Assembly (NCBI GenBank): GCA_963798485.1
Contig: CAWCTR010000017.1
Location: 64,001-128,000, forward strand
Origin: an uncultured delta proteobacterium
Lineage (GTDB): Bacteria; Desulfobacterota; Desulfomonilia; UBA1062
Direction: 5' to 3'
DNA: 64,000 bases
Shown: piece after piece, positions 1 through 10,189 of the stretch
Position numbering within the stretch: the first letter of the stretch is position 1
Layout of the letters: each line of letters opens with the position of its first letter
The notes under the pieces: model-generated
What the model saw: the letters and a program-made list of their open reading frames with translations, nothing else
The model's database searches: none
Told to the model about the DNA's origin: nothing
Translations under genes and position numbers: made by a program

Positions 1-60
1 TATTACTCCCACCCTCCCCTTGCCCAGCGTATCGAGGCCCTGGAGCGCGCACAAAGTTGA
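1..60 (+). CDS. 3' end of M48-family (Ste24/HtpX-like) peptidase, partial
   Basis: Frame 1 reads YYSHPPLAQRIEALERAQS*; SHPP..RI..L is the typical M48 C-terminal motif. Confidence 0.65.
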   Translation, partial: YYSHPPLAQRIEALERAQS

Positions 61-242
61 CACGATAAAAACGATGCAATTCAAGAAACATACTTACAAT
101 TCCGACAAGCAACCTTGACTGCTATGGTGGTGGTATTTATTTTAGCAACAAGGGTGCCTAAACGTGCATGATAGTGTGCTCCAAAGAATCCAGGCTTTCT
201 ACTGTTGTCTCATAGCAAAGGAACTATCCAAAAAGGGGGGTA

Positions 243-812
243 ATGGATGTGAAAGACAAGGAAAAGAACTACTTCACCGCGTTGTACGATGTCGTAAGGA
301 TGGTCCACGCATCTCTTGACGTAAGCACGGTCCTCCAGGAGATCGTCAAGGCCGTGGTGGATACCATGTGTGTAAAGGCATCATCCATCAGACTTCTCGA
401 TGCACGGAAGCGGGCCCTGGTCATGGGGGCTTCCTGCGGACTTTCCAAGGGCTATATCAGGAAGGGCCCGGTGCTCATCAAGGAGAGCGGGCTTGACCAG
501 AAGGTGCTCACCGGCAAGCTCATCTACATCAAGAACGTCCAGACCGACCCTGACTTCCAGTACGGTGCAGGGGCCAAGGCCGAGGGCATCAAATCGGTCA
601 TCGTGGCCCCCCTGATTACGGGCAAAAAGGTTATCGGCGTGCTGCGCATCTATTCGGATAAGGTTAGAGAGTTCAATGCCCAGGAGGTCCAGTTCCTCGA
701 GGCCATCGCGAGCCTCTCCGCACTGGCACTGGAGAACGCCCGGTTCCACCAGGTACTGCAGACCAACTTCGACCTGCTCGTCGCCAACAAATACCGGCTC
801 GACGACAATTGA
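243..812 (+). CDS. Stand-alone GAF domain protein
   Basis: 189 aa; SLD..VLQEIV, IVAPL...[26 protein letters not shown] pattern; G-rich RBS. Confidence 0.85.
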   Translation: MDVKDKEKNYFTALYDVVRMVHASLDVSTVLQEIVKAVVDTMCVKASSIRLLDARKRALVMGASCGLSKGYIRKGPVLIKESGLDQKVLTGKLIYIKNVQTDPDFQYGAGAKAEGIKSVIVAPLITGKKVIGVLRIYSDKVREFNAQEVQFLEAIASLSALALENARFHQVLQTNFDLLVANKYRLDDN

Positions 813-831
813 TCACATAAGGAGGCATGTC

Positions 832-1848
832 ATGATCCGTGTTGGAATAAACGGTTTCGGCCGCATCGGGCGGCAGGTTTTAAAGGCAATCATGGAGCGC
901 TCCGGCGACTCGCTGCAGGTCGTTGCCATCAATGACCTCTTCGATGTCAATACCAACGCCCACCTCTTCATGTTCGATACGAACTATGGCCACTTCCGGG
1001 GCAACCTCCAGGTTAAGAAAGACACCTTCATCATCGACGGCAACAAGATCAAGAGCTATGCCGAGCGGGACCCTGCCAACATCCCCTGGGAGGAGGAGGG
1101 CGTGGATATCGTGATCGAGTCGACGGGTCTGTTCACCTCCAAGGAAAAAGCCGAGGCCCACATCTACGGCGGCGCCAAGAAGGTCATCATCACGGCGCCT
1201 GCCAAGCAGGAGGACATCACCATCGTCATGGGCGTAAACCACACTAAGTATAACCCGGGCAAGCACCACATCATATCGAACGCATCCTGTACCACCAACT
1301 GTCTTGCGCCGCCCGCCCTCGTCATCAACAAGGCCTTCGGCATCGAAAAAGGCTGGATGACGACCGTACACGCCTACACCAATGACCAGCGCATCCTGGA
1401 CATGCCTCACAAGGACCTGAGGCGCGCACGGGCCGCTGCCATGAGCATCATCCCCACCTCAACCGGTGCGGCCAAGGCGCTCTCGCTCGTCATCCCCGAC
1501 CTTAAAGGCAAGGTGGACGGCTATGCACTGCGTGTGCCCACCTCAACGGTCTCGGTTGTGGACCTCACGGTACAGCTCAAGAAGAAGACCACCACCGAAG
1601 ATCTCAGGGCGGCACTCAAACGCGCGGCCAAAGGGCCCCTGAAGGGCATCATGGGCTGCGAGGAGCGGCCGCTCGTGTCCATCGACTTCAAGGGCAACGA
1701 GCTGTCATCCATTGTCGACATCGAGTACGTCAAGGTGATCCAGGACAACCTGGCCAAGGTGGTCACCTGGTACGATAATGAGTGGGGGTATTCCTGCAGG
1801 GTTGCAGACCTGGCAAGCTTCATCGCAAAAAAGGGCATCCCGGACTAA
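832..1848 (+). CDS. gap: Glyceraldehyde-3-phosphate dehydrogenase type I
   Basis: [11 protein letters not shown], catalytic [17 protein letters not shown]; GGAGG at 821-825 supports ATG 832. Confidence 0.97.
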   Translation: MIRVGINGFGRIGRQVLKAIMERSGDSLQVVAINDLFDVNTNAHLFMFDTNYGHFRGNLQVKKDTFIIDGNKIKSYAERDPANIPWEEEGVDIVIESTGLFTSKEKAEAHIYGGAKKVIITAPAKQEDITIVMGVNHTKYNPGKHHIISNASCTTNCLAPPALVINKAFGIEKGWMTTVHAYTNDQRILDMPHKDLRRARAAAMSIIPTSTGAAKALSLVIPDLKGKVDGYALRVPTSTVSVVDLTVQLKKKTTTEDLRAALKRAAKGPLKGIMGCEERPLVSIDFKGNELSSIVDIEYVKVIQDNLAKVVTWYDNEWGYSCRVADLASFIAKKGIPD

Positions 1849-2017
1849 AAAAGCTCACCACAACAGAAAACCACTCTATCCGGGTGCGGGGGCATCATAC
1901 CCCCCTCACCCGGATGTTCATTGCGGACTCAGTCTTAAAAAAACCCATTTTGTCTTGACTGACATCTCAGGCATTCCCTATAGTTCCAGCTTATCTTTCA
2001 GGGAGGTAACTTTCTCA

Positions 2018-5000
2018 ATGCCAAAGAGAACCGACATACACAAGGTCATGATCATCGGGAGCGGGCCAATCGTCATAGGCCAAGCATGTGAATTCGACTA
2101 TTCCGGAACCCAGGCCTGCAAGGCCTTGCGGGAACTCGGTTATAAAATCGTTCTTGTCAATTCGAACCCGGCCACCATTATGACCGACCCGGGCATGGCC
2201 GATGCCACCTATATCGAACCGCTGAATGCGGCAGCCCTGGAGCCTATCATTGCCAAGGAGAGGCCCGATGCGATCCTGCCGAACATGGGCGGCCAGTCGG
2301 GCCTGAATCTCACCTCAGAGTTGCATCGCAAGGGAATCCTTGAAAAGTACGGCGTCAAGGTGATCGGTGTGAACGTGGACGCCATCGAGCGTGGGGAAGA
2401 CCGACGCGCCTTCAAGGAGACCATGACCCGCCTGGGCATCGAGACGCCCAAAAGCGAGCTCGCCTACTCCGTTGAAGAGGCCGAGAAAATCGCCTCTGAG
2501 CTGGGCTACCCCGTTGTCATCAAGCCTTCCTACACCATGGGCGGCACCGGTGGCGGGCTCGTCTACAACGTGGAGGAACTGGGGGCCGTTGCAAGCCGCG
2601 GCCTTAGAGTGAGCCTCATCGGACAGGTCCTTTTGGAAGAATCCGTATTTGGCTGGGAGGAGCTGGAGCTCGAGGTAGTGCGCGACGCCAAGAACAACAT
2701 GATCACGGTATGCTTTATTGAGAACGTGGATGCCATGGGCGTGCACACGGGCGACTCCTTGTGCACCGTACCCATGCTCACCATCGACAAGGAGCTCCAG
2801 AAGAGACTCCAGAAGCACGCTTACGACATCGTGGCGGCCCTCGAGGTGATTGGCTGCACCAATGTCCAATTCGCCCATGACCCCAAAACCGGCCGCGTCG
2901 TGGTCATCGAGATAAACCCCCGAACCTCCCGTTCATCCGCCCTGGCCTCCAAGGCCACGGGCTTCCCCATCGCACTCGTGTCGAGCAAGCTCGCTGCCGG
3001 GCTTACCCTCGACGAAATCCCCTACTGGCGAAGCGGCACCCTGGACAAGTACGAACCCTGGGGCGACAATGTGGTGGTGAAATTCCCTTGCTGGGCCTTT
3101 GAGAAGTTCAAGGGCTCCAAGGACCGGCTCGGCACCCAGATGAAGTCCGTGGGCGAGGTCATGAGCATTGCAAAAACATTCAAGGAGGCTCTCCAGAAGT
3201 CTATCCGCTCGCTGGAAACCGGCCGGTATGGACTGGGCTTTGCCGGGGATTACCATGAGAAGGATCTCGATACCCTGCTGGACATGCTCTGTGAGCCGTC
3301 CAGCGAACGGCAGTTCATCATGTACGAGGCCCTGCGCAAAGGCGCAAGCATCTCGGAGCTTTACCAGAAGACCTTCCTGAAGGCATGGTTCATCGAGCAG
3401 ATGAAGGAACTCGTGGACCTGGAGGAAAAGATCCTCGCCTATAAGGGTAAGGAGCTGCCTGATGGGCTGCTTATCCAGGCCAAAAAAGATGGTTTTGCCG
3501 ACCGCTACCTTGCCAGGCTGCTGGGCCGCTCCGAGGATGATGTCAGAAACCGCCGGGTTAAGCTGGGCCTGGTGCACGGGTATGACAAGGTGTCGGTGAG
3601 CGGTGTGAAGAACGCCGGGTATTACTATTCCACATACAATGCCCCGGACAAGATAGAGGTGAGCGACAAGCAAAAGATCATGGTCTTAGGCGGCGGCCCC
3701 AACCGTATCGGCCAGGGCATCGAGTTCGATTACTGCTGCGTCCATGCGGCCTTAGCCATCAAGGGCATGGGCTATGAGTCCATCATGGTGAACTGCAACC
3801 CCGAGACGGTCTCTACCGACTATGACACTTCCGACAAGCTCTACTTCGAGCCGGTCAGTGTTGAGGAGGTCCTGAGCGTATACAACAAGGAAAAGCCCTT
3901 GGGTGTGATCTGCCAGTTCGGCGGCCGGACCCCGCTGAATATTGCAAATGAACTTGCAAAGGCCGGGGTGAAAATCCTGGGTACCACCCCTGTCACCATT
4001 GACCTTGCCGAGGACCGTGACCGCTTCGGCCAGATGATGGCAAAGCTGGGCATCCCCATGCCCGATTCCGGCATGGCAAGCACCCTGGATGAGGCCCTGG
4101 CCATTGCAAACCGCATCGGATATCCGCTCATGGTTCGACCATCATATGTCTTAAGCGGCTGCGGCATGGAGATGGTTCACGACGAGGACATGCTGCGGGA
4201 ATATGTCCGCGCGGCTATTGCCATGACACCCGCGCGGCCTATCCTCATCGACAAGTTCCTGGACAACGCCATCCAGGCCGGGGCCGATGCCATCTCGGAC
4301 GGCTTCGATGCCTATGTGCCCGCAGTCATGGAGCACATCGAGCAGGCAGGTGTCCACTCGGGCGACTCGGCATGCGTAATTCCACCCATCAGCATACCGG
4401 CCAGGCATCTAGACACCATCATCGAGTATACCAAGCGCATCGCCATCGAGCTCGACGTGGTGGGCCTCATGAACATGCAGTATGCCATCCACAAGGACAC
4501 GGTCTATGTCCTGGAGGCAAACCCAAACGCCTCACGGACCGTTCCCTTGGTCTCCAAGGTATGCAATATCCCCATGGCCGACATCGCTACGCGGATCATC
4601 CTGGGCAAGAAGCTTTGTGATTTCGACATCACCCCCAAAAACATACGGCACTTCGGGGTAAAAGAGGCGGTATTCCCTTTCAACATATTCCCCGAGGTGG
4701 ACCCGCTGCTGGGTCCCGAGATGCGCTCCACCGGCGAGGTGCTCGGCATGGCCGACACTTTCGGTCTGGCCTTCTACAAGGCATCGGAGGCGGCATCCCA
4801 ATATCTGCCCAAGGAAGGTACCGTGCTCCTCACCGTGTCCCGCAGGGAACGCCCGGCAGTGCTCGAGGTGGCACGGCTCTTTACCGAGCTGGGCTTCAAG
4901 ATCAAGTCAACGCTGCATACCCATGCATTTCTTAGGGAGAACGGCATCACCGCCGAACTGGTGCTCAAACTCCACGAGGGCAGGCCCAATATCATCGACG

Positions 5001-5218
5001 GCGTCAAGAACAAGGAATACGCACTGATCATCAACACGCCCAGCGGAAAACTATCCAAGCATGATGACTCCTACATCCGCAAGGCAGCCATCAGCTACAA
5101 GGTCCCCTACATCACCACACTGTCCGCAGCTATAGCCGCAGCCAAGGGTATTGCCGCCTGCAGGCAGGGCAAGGGTATCATCAAGTCATTGCAGGAGTAT
5201 CACCGCGACATCGGTTAA
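2018..5218 (+). CDS. carB: Carbamoyl-phosphate synthase large subunit (several conserved residues substituted)
   Basis: MPKRTDI, GSGPIVIGQACEFDYSG, GPNRIGQGIEFDYCCVH, C-terminal MGS domain; GGAGG before ATG 2018. Confidence 0.95.
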   Translation: MPKRTDIHKVMIIGSGPIVIGQACEFDYSGTQACKALRELGYKIVLVNSNPATIMTDPGMADATYIEPLNAAALEPIIAKERPDAILPNMGGQSGLNLTSELHRKGILEKYGVKVIGVNVDAIERGEDRRAFKETMTRLGIETPKSELAYSVEEAEKIASELGYPVVIKPSYTMGGTGGGLVYNVEELGAVASRGLRVSLIGQVLLEESVFGWEELELEVVRDAKNNMITVCFIENVDAMGVHTGDSLCTVPMLTIDKELQKRLQKHAYDIVAALEVIGCTNVQFAHDPKTGRVVVIEINPRTSRSSALASKATGFPIALVSSKLAAGLTLDEIPYWRSGTLDKYEPWGDNVVVKFPCWAFEKFKGSKDRLGTQMKSVGEVMSIAKTFKEALQKSIRSLETGRYGLGFAGDYHEKDLDTLLDMLCEPSSERQFIMYEALRKGASISELYQKTFLKAWFIEQMKELVDLEEKILAYKGKELPDGLLIQAKKDGFADRYLARLLGRSEDDVRNRRVKLGLVHGYDKVSVSGVKNAGYYYSTYNAPDKIEVSDKQKIMVLGGGPNRIGQGIEFDYCCVHAALAIKGMGYESIMVNCNPETVSTDYDTSDKLYFEPVSVEEVLSVYNKEKPLGVICQFGGRTPLNIANELAKAGVKILGTTPVTIDLAEDRDRFGQMMAKLGIPMPDSGMASTLDEALAIANRIGYPLMVRPSYVLSGCGMEMVHDEDMLREYVRAAIAMTPARPILIDKFLDNAIQAGADAISDGFDAYVPAVMEHIEQAGVHSGDSACVIPPISIPARHLDTIIEYTKRIAIELDVVGLMNMQYAIHKDTVYVLEANPNASRTVPLVSKVCNIPMADIATRIILGKKLCDFDITPKNIRHFGVKEAVFPFNIFPEVDPLLGPEMRSTGEVLGMADTFGLAFYKASEAASQYLPKEGTVLLTVSRRERPAVLEVARLFTELGFKIKSTLHTHAFLRENGITAELVLKLHEGRPNIIDGVKNKEYALIINTPSGKLSKHDDSYIRKAAISYKVPYITTLSAAIAAAKGIAACRQGKGIIKSLQEYHRDIG

Positions 5219-5500
5219 CAGAACATGGCCAGTGGCGAGTGAAAGGATATGTATCCTTGAATCCGCCACTCTCGGCTGGGTACTAAGGTTTACAGGTAAA
5301 AAACATTTCCACGTTGATTTTTTCCGTACCTGGGAGTATCTATGCCGTGTCTCCTGTGCAGGGTAAAACGGATTGAAGGGGGCTAAGGGCTTAAAAAATC
5401 CGGTGCAATGTGCCTGCATAATTGATTGTTCTGACATAAGGCATGAGCATTTATAAAAAATAGTGGAATTATGCACAGGAGACCATCCTTTCAAACCCCA

Positions 5501-6787
5501 TCATGTGACTGACAAAGAAGAAAATCCGTTTATAGTATCATAAAGAAACACCTCGGCGCCGCAGAATTTATTGTTGTTCATGAGCCAGCCTCCGGTGTTA
5601 TGTAATGTCAACTGCTTGGGCGAGGCTGAAGATACTGAACCGAATACCAGCGGAATCCCGTATTTCCAGGGTATGGGCTGGTGGGTGTGGCCGAAGATGA
5701 TACGCGAGGGCGCCGGTATGTTGCAATTCCGGCGTGTATTTATTTCGCCTATCTCGATGAGGCTTGCATTATAGAATCTCTCAAACCTTTCCTTCGTCTC
5801 GGATTTTTTCATGAACTCTTCACTATAGCGCGTAGTGCCGATCTCGCTTATTCCATTCAGAATTTTATTCTTCCCCCAGGTCCTCCAGAGTAATTTCATC
5901 AACCCTTTCTTCGCATAGGTCTGAACATTGTGTATCACCTTGGAGAACCACTCTGTCTGGCCGATGTCGTTATCTGATAATTCTTCAATGACCTTCTCAA
6001 AACGGCTCATATATCTCTCAATACGTTCATACCTGCCATTGTTCATATCGGTCTGAACCAGCCGTATAACCTTGGTCAGGACCCCGGCCTGACCGATCCC
6101 GGTACAGGCAAGCTGGTTCAAGGGATAATTCATCTCAATGGTTTCTTCGATATCCACATCCCCCACCTTCAGATCATCATATGCTACGTCCAAGGCGACC
6201 TCGCCCAACATAGCCCAGTAGGACTCAAGATACTGGCCATGGGTAACAAGGACTGTATCGTTAGCAGTTACGATATACAGATTGGGGTAAACAAAATAAA
6301 ACACGGTCTCCGGTTTGGTGATCCTATCGAGGAACATCCCTCCGTATTCCTCCCGGCCTTCGGTTCTGTGTGATGTTTTATCAAGAACAACGCCTCTGGT
6401 CGGGCTGTTTATCCTGTCATCAATAATGCCGGCCACAGAATGATCGTACTTTTCAGGGAGATCACCATTCTCCAATTTGTTTATGACACTCTTCTGGTGC
6501 TGCACAATATGCCATATATCCGCATCATGGTTCCCGGGGATATAGATGATCTTATCTGCAATGCCGTCTGCCTTGATCTGCTGTAAAAAGGCCTGCCCAC
6601 AGTTATATGCCACATCATATGATTTTATGGAAAAGTCAAAGATGTCCCCGGCAAGCACGAGGAAATCATTGTGCTGCCCCACCAGTTCCTTAAACTTCTC
6701 ATACTTTGTTCCAATGGTTTTTTCGGGTGTAACCAGTGTGCAGTTATCATCTCCGAAATGGGTGTCAGAAATGATGGCAAGCTTCAT
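5501..6787 (-). CDS. Calcineurin-like metallophosphoesterase
   Basis: ISDTHFG, AGDIFD, PGNHD, THG, FGHTH, NTGGW motifs; start taken at MKLAII. Confidence 0.85.
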   Translation of the reverse strand: MKLAIISDTHFGDDNCTLVTPEKTIGTKYEKFKELVGQHNDFLVLAGDIFDFSIKSYDVAYNCGQAFLQQIKADGIADKIIYIPGNHDADIWHIVQHQKSVINKLENGDLPEKYDHSVAGIIDDRINSPTRGVVLDKTSHRTEGREEYGGMFLDRITKPETVFYFVYPNLYIVTANDTVLVTHGQYLESYWAMLGEVALDVAYDDLKVGDVDIEETIEMNYPLNQLACTGIGQAGVLTKVIRLVQTDMNNGRYERIERYMSRFEKVIEELSDNDIGQTEWFSKVIHNVQTYAKKGLMKLLWRTWGKNKILNGISEIGTTRYSEEFMKKSETKERFERFYNASLIEIGEINTRRNCNIPAPSRIIFGHTHQPIPWKYGIPLVFGSVSSASPKQLTLHNTGGWLMNNNKFCGAEVFLYDTINGFSSLSVT

Positions 6788-6918
6788 ACTTTTCCCCCTT
6801 AATTTTATGATCTTGATGTGAAATACCTGCTTTTGAATAGCGGGAAACAACTCATAGAGGATAAATCCGGATGTGTTACCCAGCAAGTCTCAAAAGAAGA
6901 ATCCAATAGCAAAGATGT

Positions 6919-8382
6919 CTGGAGTTTCCTGAGTTTTATCACTGAACAGTAGATAACCTATTGAAATAAAGTAAGAAGCTTATTTTATCAAGATAACAAC
7001 GTCTAAGCGTAAAAGATTCCTGAGATTCACCGGCTGATATGGTAGAAAGTAGCTCACATACAGGAGATGGAGACGATATGGCCGGGAACTCCAGGATAGC
7101 AGCGGATATAAAAGGGCAGATAACGAGATTCTCAGGAATCATTTCCAAGGGATTACCCAAGTCGAAGCAGAAGCTCATTCGAGAGATGGTGTATGGGATA
7201 CAGGCCGGGAAGGACATCAAGTTGTCCAGTGTGAGTCGTAGCCTGAATGAGGCCATACCCCTGATCAAGACGGAGGACCGGTTATCGAGGAATCTGGATG
7301 ATCGGGATTTTACGGATGCGATCAACCATGAGATATGCCGCCTTGGGAGCACGAAGGTGCTTGATGATATGGTGATAGCCATAGATCCTGGAGATATCCG
7401 TAAGAAGTATGCCTCGAAGATGGAGTGTCTGTGCAAGGTACATGATGGAAGTGAACATGAGATTGGTGAGGGGTACTGGCTCTGCAAAGGGGTGGCCGCG
7501 GACATTGAGCATAAGAAGGTGATACCGTTGTACCTGGAGGCATATTCGCAGGAAGCCGAGGATTTCAAGAGCGAGAACGATCAGCTCTTCAAAGTGATCG
7601 ACACCGTGAGCGCCCATGTGGGGAGCAAAGGTATCTATGCCATCGACCGCGGAGGGGACAGGGGTAAGCTCTATGACAAATTTCTTGAAAAGGGGAAGGC
7701 GAAGCGGTTTGTGATCCGTCTTAAGAAGAACAGAGATCTCATCCATAAAGGCGTCAAAAAGAATTGTCACTTTCTTGCCACGGCCTTGCCCTGTCCGCAT
7801 GAAGCGGTCATGATCAAGTATGAGGAAGGGAAAGAACGCCAGGCAAGCGTTTTCTACAATGCCGTGGCGGTGAAACTACCCGGCCATGATGCTCCGTTGT
7901 TTCTCGTGGTGGCGAAAGGGTTCGGCAAGGAGCCGATGATGCTTTTGACAAGCTGCCCGGTTCACCTGAAGGACCGCGAGACCATCTGGAGAATCATTGA
8001 GATATACCTCACCCGCTGGAAATGCGATGAATCCTTCAGGTACATCAAGCAGTGCTACAATCTTGAAGATATCCGGGTGCGCCATTACACCAGTATCCGG
8101 AACATGGTGGTCCTTGTCCTTGCCGTCAGCTATTTCGCGGCAGTATATTTAGGGGATAACCTGAGACTCAAAATGCTGGTTGAGAGAGTGTATATCGTAT
8201 CCAAGAGGTTCTTCGGCATCCCCACCTTTTTCAATTATGCCATCGCTGATGGGCTCTATAAGCTCCTCTTCTCCGATAAAACCGGATTCAACAAGACGGC
8301 AAAACCAAAATATCCCGAGTTCCAACTGTGCTTCAGCTTCCTGGAGTGAGTGGGGTTAATTTGAAAACTCAGGAAACTCCAG
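6919..8382 (+). mobile_element. Complete IS4-family insertion sequence
   Basis: 19 bp terminal inverted repeats CTGGAGTTTCCTGAGTTTT (6919-6937) / AAAACTCAGGAAACTCCAG (8364-8382); 9 bp target duplication CAAAGATGT (6910-6918, 8383-8391). Confidence 0.92.
7078..8349 (+). CDS. DDE transposase (IS4 family)
   Basis: IAIDPGD, AIDRGGD, Y..RW..E..FR..K (YREK-like) motif; start 7039 also possible. Confidence 0.9.
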   Translation: MAGNSRIAADIKGQITRFSGIISKGLPKSKQKLIREMVYGIQAGKDIKLSSVSRSLNEAIPLIKTEDRLSRNLDDRDFTDAINHEICRLGSTKVLDDMVIAIDPGDIRKKYASKMECLCKVHDGSEHEIGEGYWLCKGVAADIEHKKVIPLYLEAYSQEAEDFKSENDQLFKVIDTVSAHVGSKGIYAIDRGGDRGKLYDKFLEKGKAKRFVIRLKKNRDLIHKGVKKNCHFLATALPCPHEAVMIKYEEGKERQASVFYNAVAVKLPGHDAPLFLVVAKGFGKEPMMLLTSCPVHLKDRETIWRIIEIYLTRWKCDESFRYIKQCYNLEDIRVRHYTSIRNMVVLVLAVSYFAAVYLGDNLRLKMLVERVYIVSKRFFGIPTFFNYAIADGLYKLLFSDKTGFNKTAKPKYPEFQLCFSFLE

Positions 8383-9092
8383 CAAAGATGTCCATTGATC
8401 TTTCTCAAATTTATAGTCATTTCACCAATATGTCAAGGATGCTCATCATATCAGTTTTTGGGCCTTTGGAAAGTGCCAATTTAGCGCAGATATCTTCAAT
8501 ATGGGCGAACCGTTGATAATGGCACCCCACAGTTTGGCACATAATATATGGTCTATAAGAGTAAAAACTTTTCTGGTTGCGCTCAGATCAATGGAGAAAG
8601 GTCACTAGAACCATAAATCATCACCTGATCCACTTCTATAAATCGTAGAATTATATTAGTAATATTAAATAACTATAAAATAATATATTTTCACTATTGC
8701 TTTTCCTATATATGAACTTACTTTATAAAATTATCATTATGTAATGTGTTGATTAATTCTGATTTATTTAGAACTGACATTATTTCCCATAGGTTAACCT
8801 GCAGAGAGAATGCCATCATATGGGTGTTGGGGCATTGAATATGCAGTAATAATTCAAGCCCTTTCTCATCTCCATGAATATATGATCCGGGGAGGTTTTC
8901 ATGGATAAGAAAACCCCATTTATCAGGGACTGGTTACACCTTAGATCACCCCCTGAAGCTATGTCATGCTACAATTTTCTTAGTTTTCTCCATGTCGAAC
9001 TTTATTCAACCTGACGAGAAAACACCTTACATTCAGTTTTATAACATCCAAGCTTATTTGGTGAGAACAGAACCAGAATAAAGGAGGTGCCT

Positions 9093-10097
9093 ATGAAAAG
9101 ATTATCAGTATTGTTTACCCTTTTCATTTTCCTATTCACTCCATTGGCTGCAGGGGCTTACCCTTACAGCAGCATCTTGTCTTTCGGAGACAGTTTATCC
9201 GACAATGGAAATGCAGATAGTTTTGGTATTCAACGCTATACTAATGGCCCTGTATGGGTTGAGTATATGGCCAGCTCTTGGAGCGTTCCACTTTTCGATA
9301 TGGCCTTTGGCGGTGCGACTACAGGTTGGGATGACCCAGCAGTTGCTGCAGCCACTGGTGGCGCCGAAGGTGTCAATAACTTGGGCTTGCAATGGCAGGT
9401 ATACGTTTATCTTCATAATATTAGTAGCACCGTACCTGCCAACACCTTGGTTACCGTCTGGGCCGGTGCCAATGATTTTTTTAACAGTAGAGCACCCGAC
9501 ACAGCTGCTTCCAATGTTGCGCTCGCCATAAGCAACCTTGCCGCAGCAGGCGCCCAGAATATCCTCATCTGTAACCTTCCAAATATCGGTCTTACTCCCG
9601 AATTCAGCTCCCCACCACCAGTACAAGCAGCTGCAACGGCATTTAGCCAAACTTTTAACGCTGACCTCGCTCTTGACCTGCAAAGTGTAGAAAGAGTGTA
9701 TCCAGCAGTCAATTTCTATATCCTTGATGTTTATGATCTGCTGGATGCTCTCATAGCAAATCCCGCTGCCAATGGATTTACCGATGTTACTGATAGTGGG
9801 AACGATAACCCTCCTGCTGGCTACCTGTTCTGGGATGGTGTCCACCCGACAACCCAAGCCCACAAGATATTAGCACAAGATGCTATAGCTGAATTAGTCT
9901 GCCCATGTGACGTAAACCATGATGGGAAGTGTAACGTTAAGGATGATATACTCTTCGCTGAAGCTTTGTTAAAATGCTTACTGTCAAAAGGGACAAATTG
10001 TAGTGCTTGCGATCTGAATGGTGATGGCAAATGTGATCAAATAGATATAAATCTTTACCTCAAGTCCATGAAGAGTGGAAATTGCCCCTGTAAGTAA
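9093..10097 (+). CDS. Secreted SGNH/GDSL hydrolase with C-terminal Cys-flanked dockerin-like repeats
   Basis: Signal peptide; FGDSLSD, GAND, FWDGVHPT blocks; CDVNHDGKCN and CDLNGDGKCD repeats; AGGAGG RBS. Confidence 0.9.
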   Translation: MKRLSVLFTLFIFLFTPLAAGAYPYSSILSFGDSLSDNGNADSFGIQRYTNGPVWVEYMASSWSVPLFDMAFGGATTGWDDPAVAAATGGAEGVNNLGLQWQVYVYLHNISSTVPANTLVTVWAGANDFFNSRAPDTAASNVALAISNLAAAGAQNILICNLPNIGLTPEFSSPPPVQAAATAFSQTFNADLALDLQSVERVYPAVNFYILDVYDLLDALIANPAANGFTDVTDSGNDNPPAGYLFWDGVHPTTQAHKILAQDAIAELVCPCDVNHDGKCNVKDDILFAEALLKCLLSKGTNCSACDLNGDGKCDQIDINLYLKSMKSGNCPCK

Positions 10098-10123
10098 ATT
10101 ATTATTATTGAGATCATCAAATT

Positions 10124-10152
10124 AGGCAGAGATTATTTATATGTCTCTGCCT
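10124..10152 (+). terminator. Hairpin, probable terminator after the SGNH gene
   Basis: AGGCAGAGA...TCTCTGCCT inverted repeat just after the stop codon. Confidence 0.55.
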
Positions 10153-10189
10153 TACTTATATTGACAAAGGGTAAGTAGAGATAACTGCG

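Noticed and set aside
676-2017. Long N-terminal extensions of gap (676) and carB (1778); likewise 6886, 43161, 49007, 49975
   Set aside because: They overlap neighbours or lack RBS; downstream starts match the family N-termini
5220-8600. Second att site duplicating the tRNA-Asn 3' end
   Set aside because: No CTCCTCGGGTAGG-like match seen by eye; the island's left edge rests on composition only
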